The notes below the pieces were generated by a model, which saw only the letters and a program-made list of their open reading frames with translations, made no database searches and was not told where the DNA came from. DNA of 64,000 nt. It comes from Candidatus Zixiibacteriota bacterium (GTDB lineage: Bacteria; Zixibacteria; MSB-5A5; WJJR01). Shown piece by piece: positions 63,071-64,000 of this stretch. Position numbers and translations under genes: made by a program. Every line of letters starts with the position of its first letter. Positions within the stretch are counted from its first letter, which is position 1. Where the stretch lies: assembly GCA_016235085.1 (NCBI GenBank), contig JACRMA010000016.1, positions 10,425 to 74,424 on the forward strand, read 5' to 3'.

Positions 63071-64000
63071 CTATAGGAACTTGACTTTGCGGGCTTGGGC
63101 GGTCAATTCATCCCGGAATTTCGGATGGGCAATCTCGATCAGGGCTTTGGCGCGCTCCCGTATTGACCGTCCATGCAAATAGGCGACACCGAATTCGGTC
63201 ACCACATAGTGCACATCGCCACGGCTCGTGACAACGCCCGCGCCCTCGTCCAGATGGAGACTGATCCGGCTCAGGGTGTCATTCTTCGCCGTCGACGGCA
63301 GCGCAATAACCGGCTTGCCGCCACGGGACCGGGCTGCGCCACGGATGAAGTCGACCTGTCCTCCGAAGCCGGAGTAGATCGAGTATCCGATGGAATCAGC
63401 GCACACCTGGCCGGTCAGATCAACCTGCAGCGCCGAATTGATCGCGACCATCTTGTCGTTCTTGGCGATGATGAATGGGTCGTTCACGTAGCTGACCGGG
63501 TGGAACTCGCAGATGGGGTTGTTGTCGATGAAGTCGTACAACGTGCGTGACCCGAGGACAAAGGATGCCACGATCTTTCCGGGATGAAGTGTCTTCTTCT
63601 CGTTGTTGATGATTCCCTGGCGCACGAGATCAATCACGCCGTCGGAGAACATTTCGGTGTGAATGCCCAGGTCCTGCTTGCCCTGGAGATGGAACAGCAC
63701 GGCATCCGGAATCCCGCCGATTCCCATTTGCAGGGTCGACCCGTTCTCGATCAATTCGGCCACGTGGGCGCCGATCTGAGAGTGGAGATCGGTCATGTGC
63801 AGGCGGGGGAGCTCCAGCATGGGGCGGTCAACCGCCACGATATGGTCGAGCTTGTGGAGATGGATGAAGCTGTCACCCAGAGTGCGTGGTGTCTGCCGGT
63901 TGATTTCGGCAATGACGATTTTGGCGTTCTCGGCGGCGGGCTTCGTCATGTCGATTCCAACACCAAACGAACAGAAGCCGTGTTCATCCGGTGGTGACAC
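63071..64000 (-). CDS. Acetyl-CoA hydrolase/4-hydroxybutyrate CoA-transferase; 5' truncated by window edge
   Basis: LQMGIGGIPDA, HTEM, SGFGGQVDF, VVTEFG. Confidence 0.95.
   Translation of the reverse strand: MSPPDEHGFCSFGVGIDMTKPAAENAKIVIAEINRQTPRTLGDSFIHLHKLDHIVAVDRPMLELPRLHMTDLHSQIGAHVAELIENGSTLQMGIGGIPDAVLFHLQGKQDLGIHTEMFSDGVIDLVRQGIINNEKKTLHPGKIVASFVLGSRTLYDFIDNNPICEFHPVSYVNDPFIIAKNDKMVAINSALQVDLTGQVCADSIGYSIYSGFGGQVDFIRGAARSRGGKPVIALPSTAKNDTLSRISLHLDEGAGVVTSRGDVHYVVTEFGVAYLHGRSIRERAKALIEIAHPKFRDELTAQARKVKFL

Overview
A GC-rich bacterial chromosome segment. A NYPNPFN-type C-terminal sorting domain, 'MIGQTISHYKI' Ser/Thr kinases and a DUF2723 protein suggest an FCB-related lineage such as Zixibacteria (inference only). 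Housekeeping content: an Rrf2-led suf operon, carAB, tRNA-Ser(GCT), comB, gcvT, aconitase, uvrA, peptidases and transporters. Most notable: (1) a ~9-kb tandem array of three integrase-less cassettes at the tRNA-Ser 3' end, each bounded by a tRNA-end copy plus a conserved ~125-150-bp att-like arm; (2) an orphan secreted hexaheme cytochrome with the OmcS nanowire motif pattern; (3) a serine-palmitoyltransferase-like gene divergent from a reductase (possible sphingolipid synthesis); (4) a FadL-like channel coupled to a nucleophile-less pseudo-esterase lipoprotein; (5) a RAYT transposase with REPINs bracketing a passenger gene, several other REP families, a perfect four-way-junction element and two candidate ncRNAs; (6) repeated internal deletions in sufB, a prolyl oligopeptidase, a kinase and probably a histidine kinase, which may be assembly artefacts. 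All calls come from motif recognition by eye; no searches were run.
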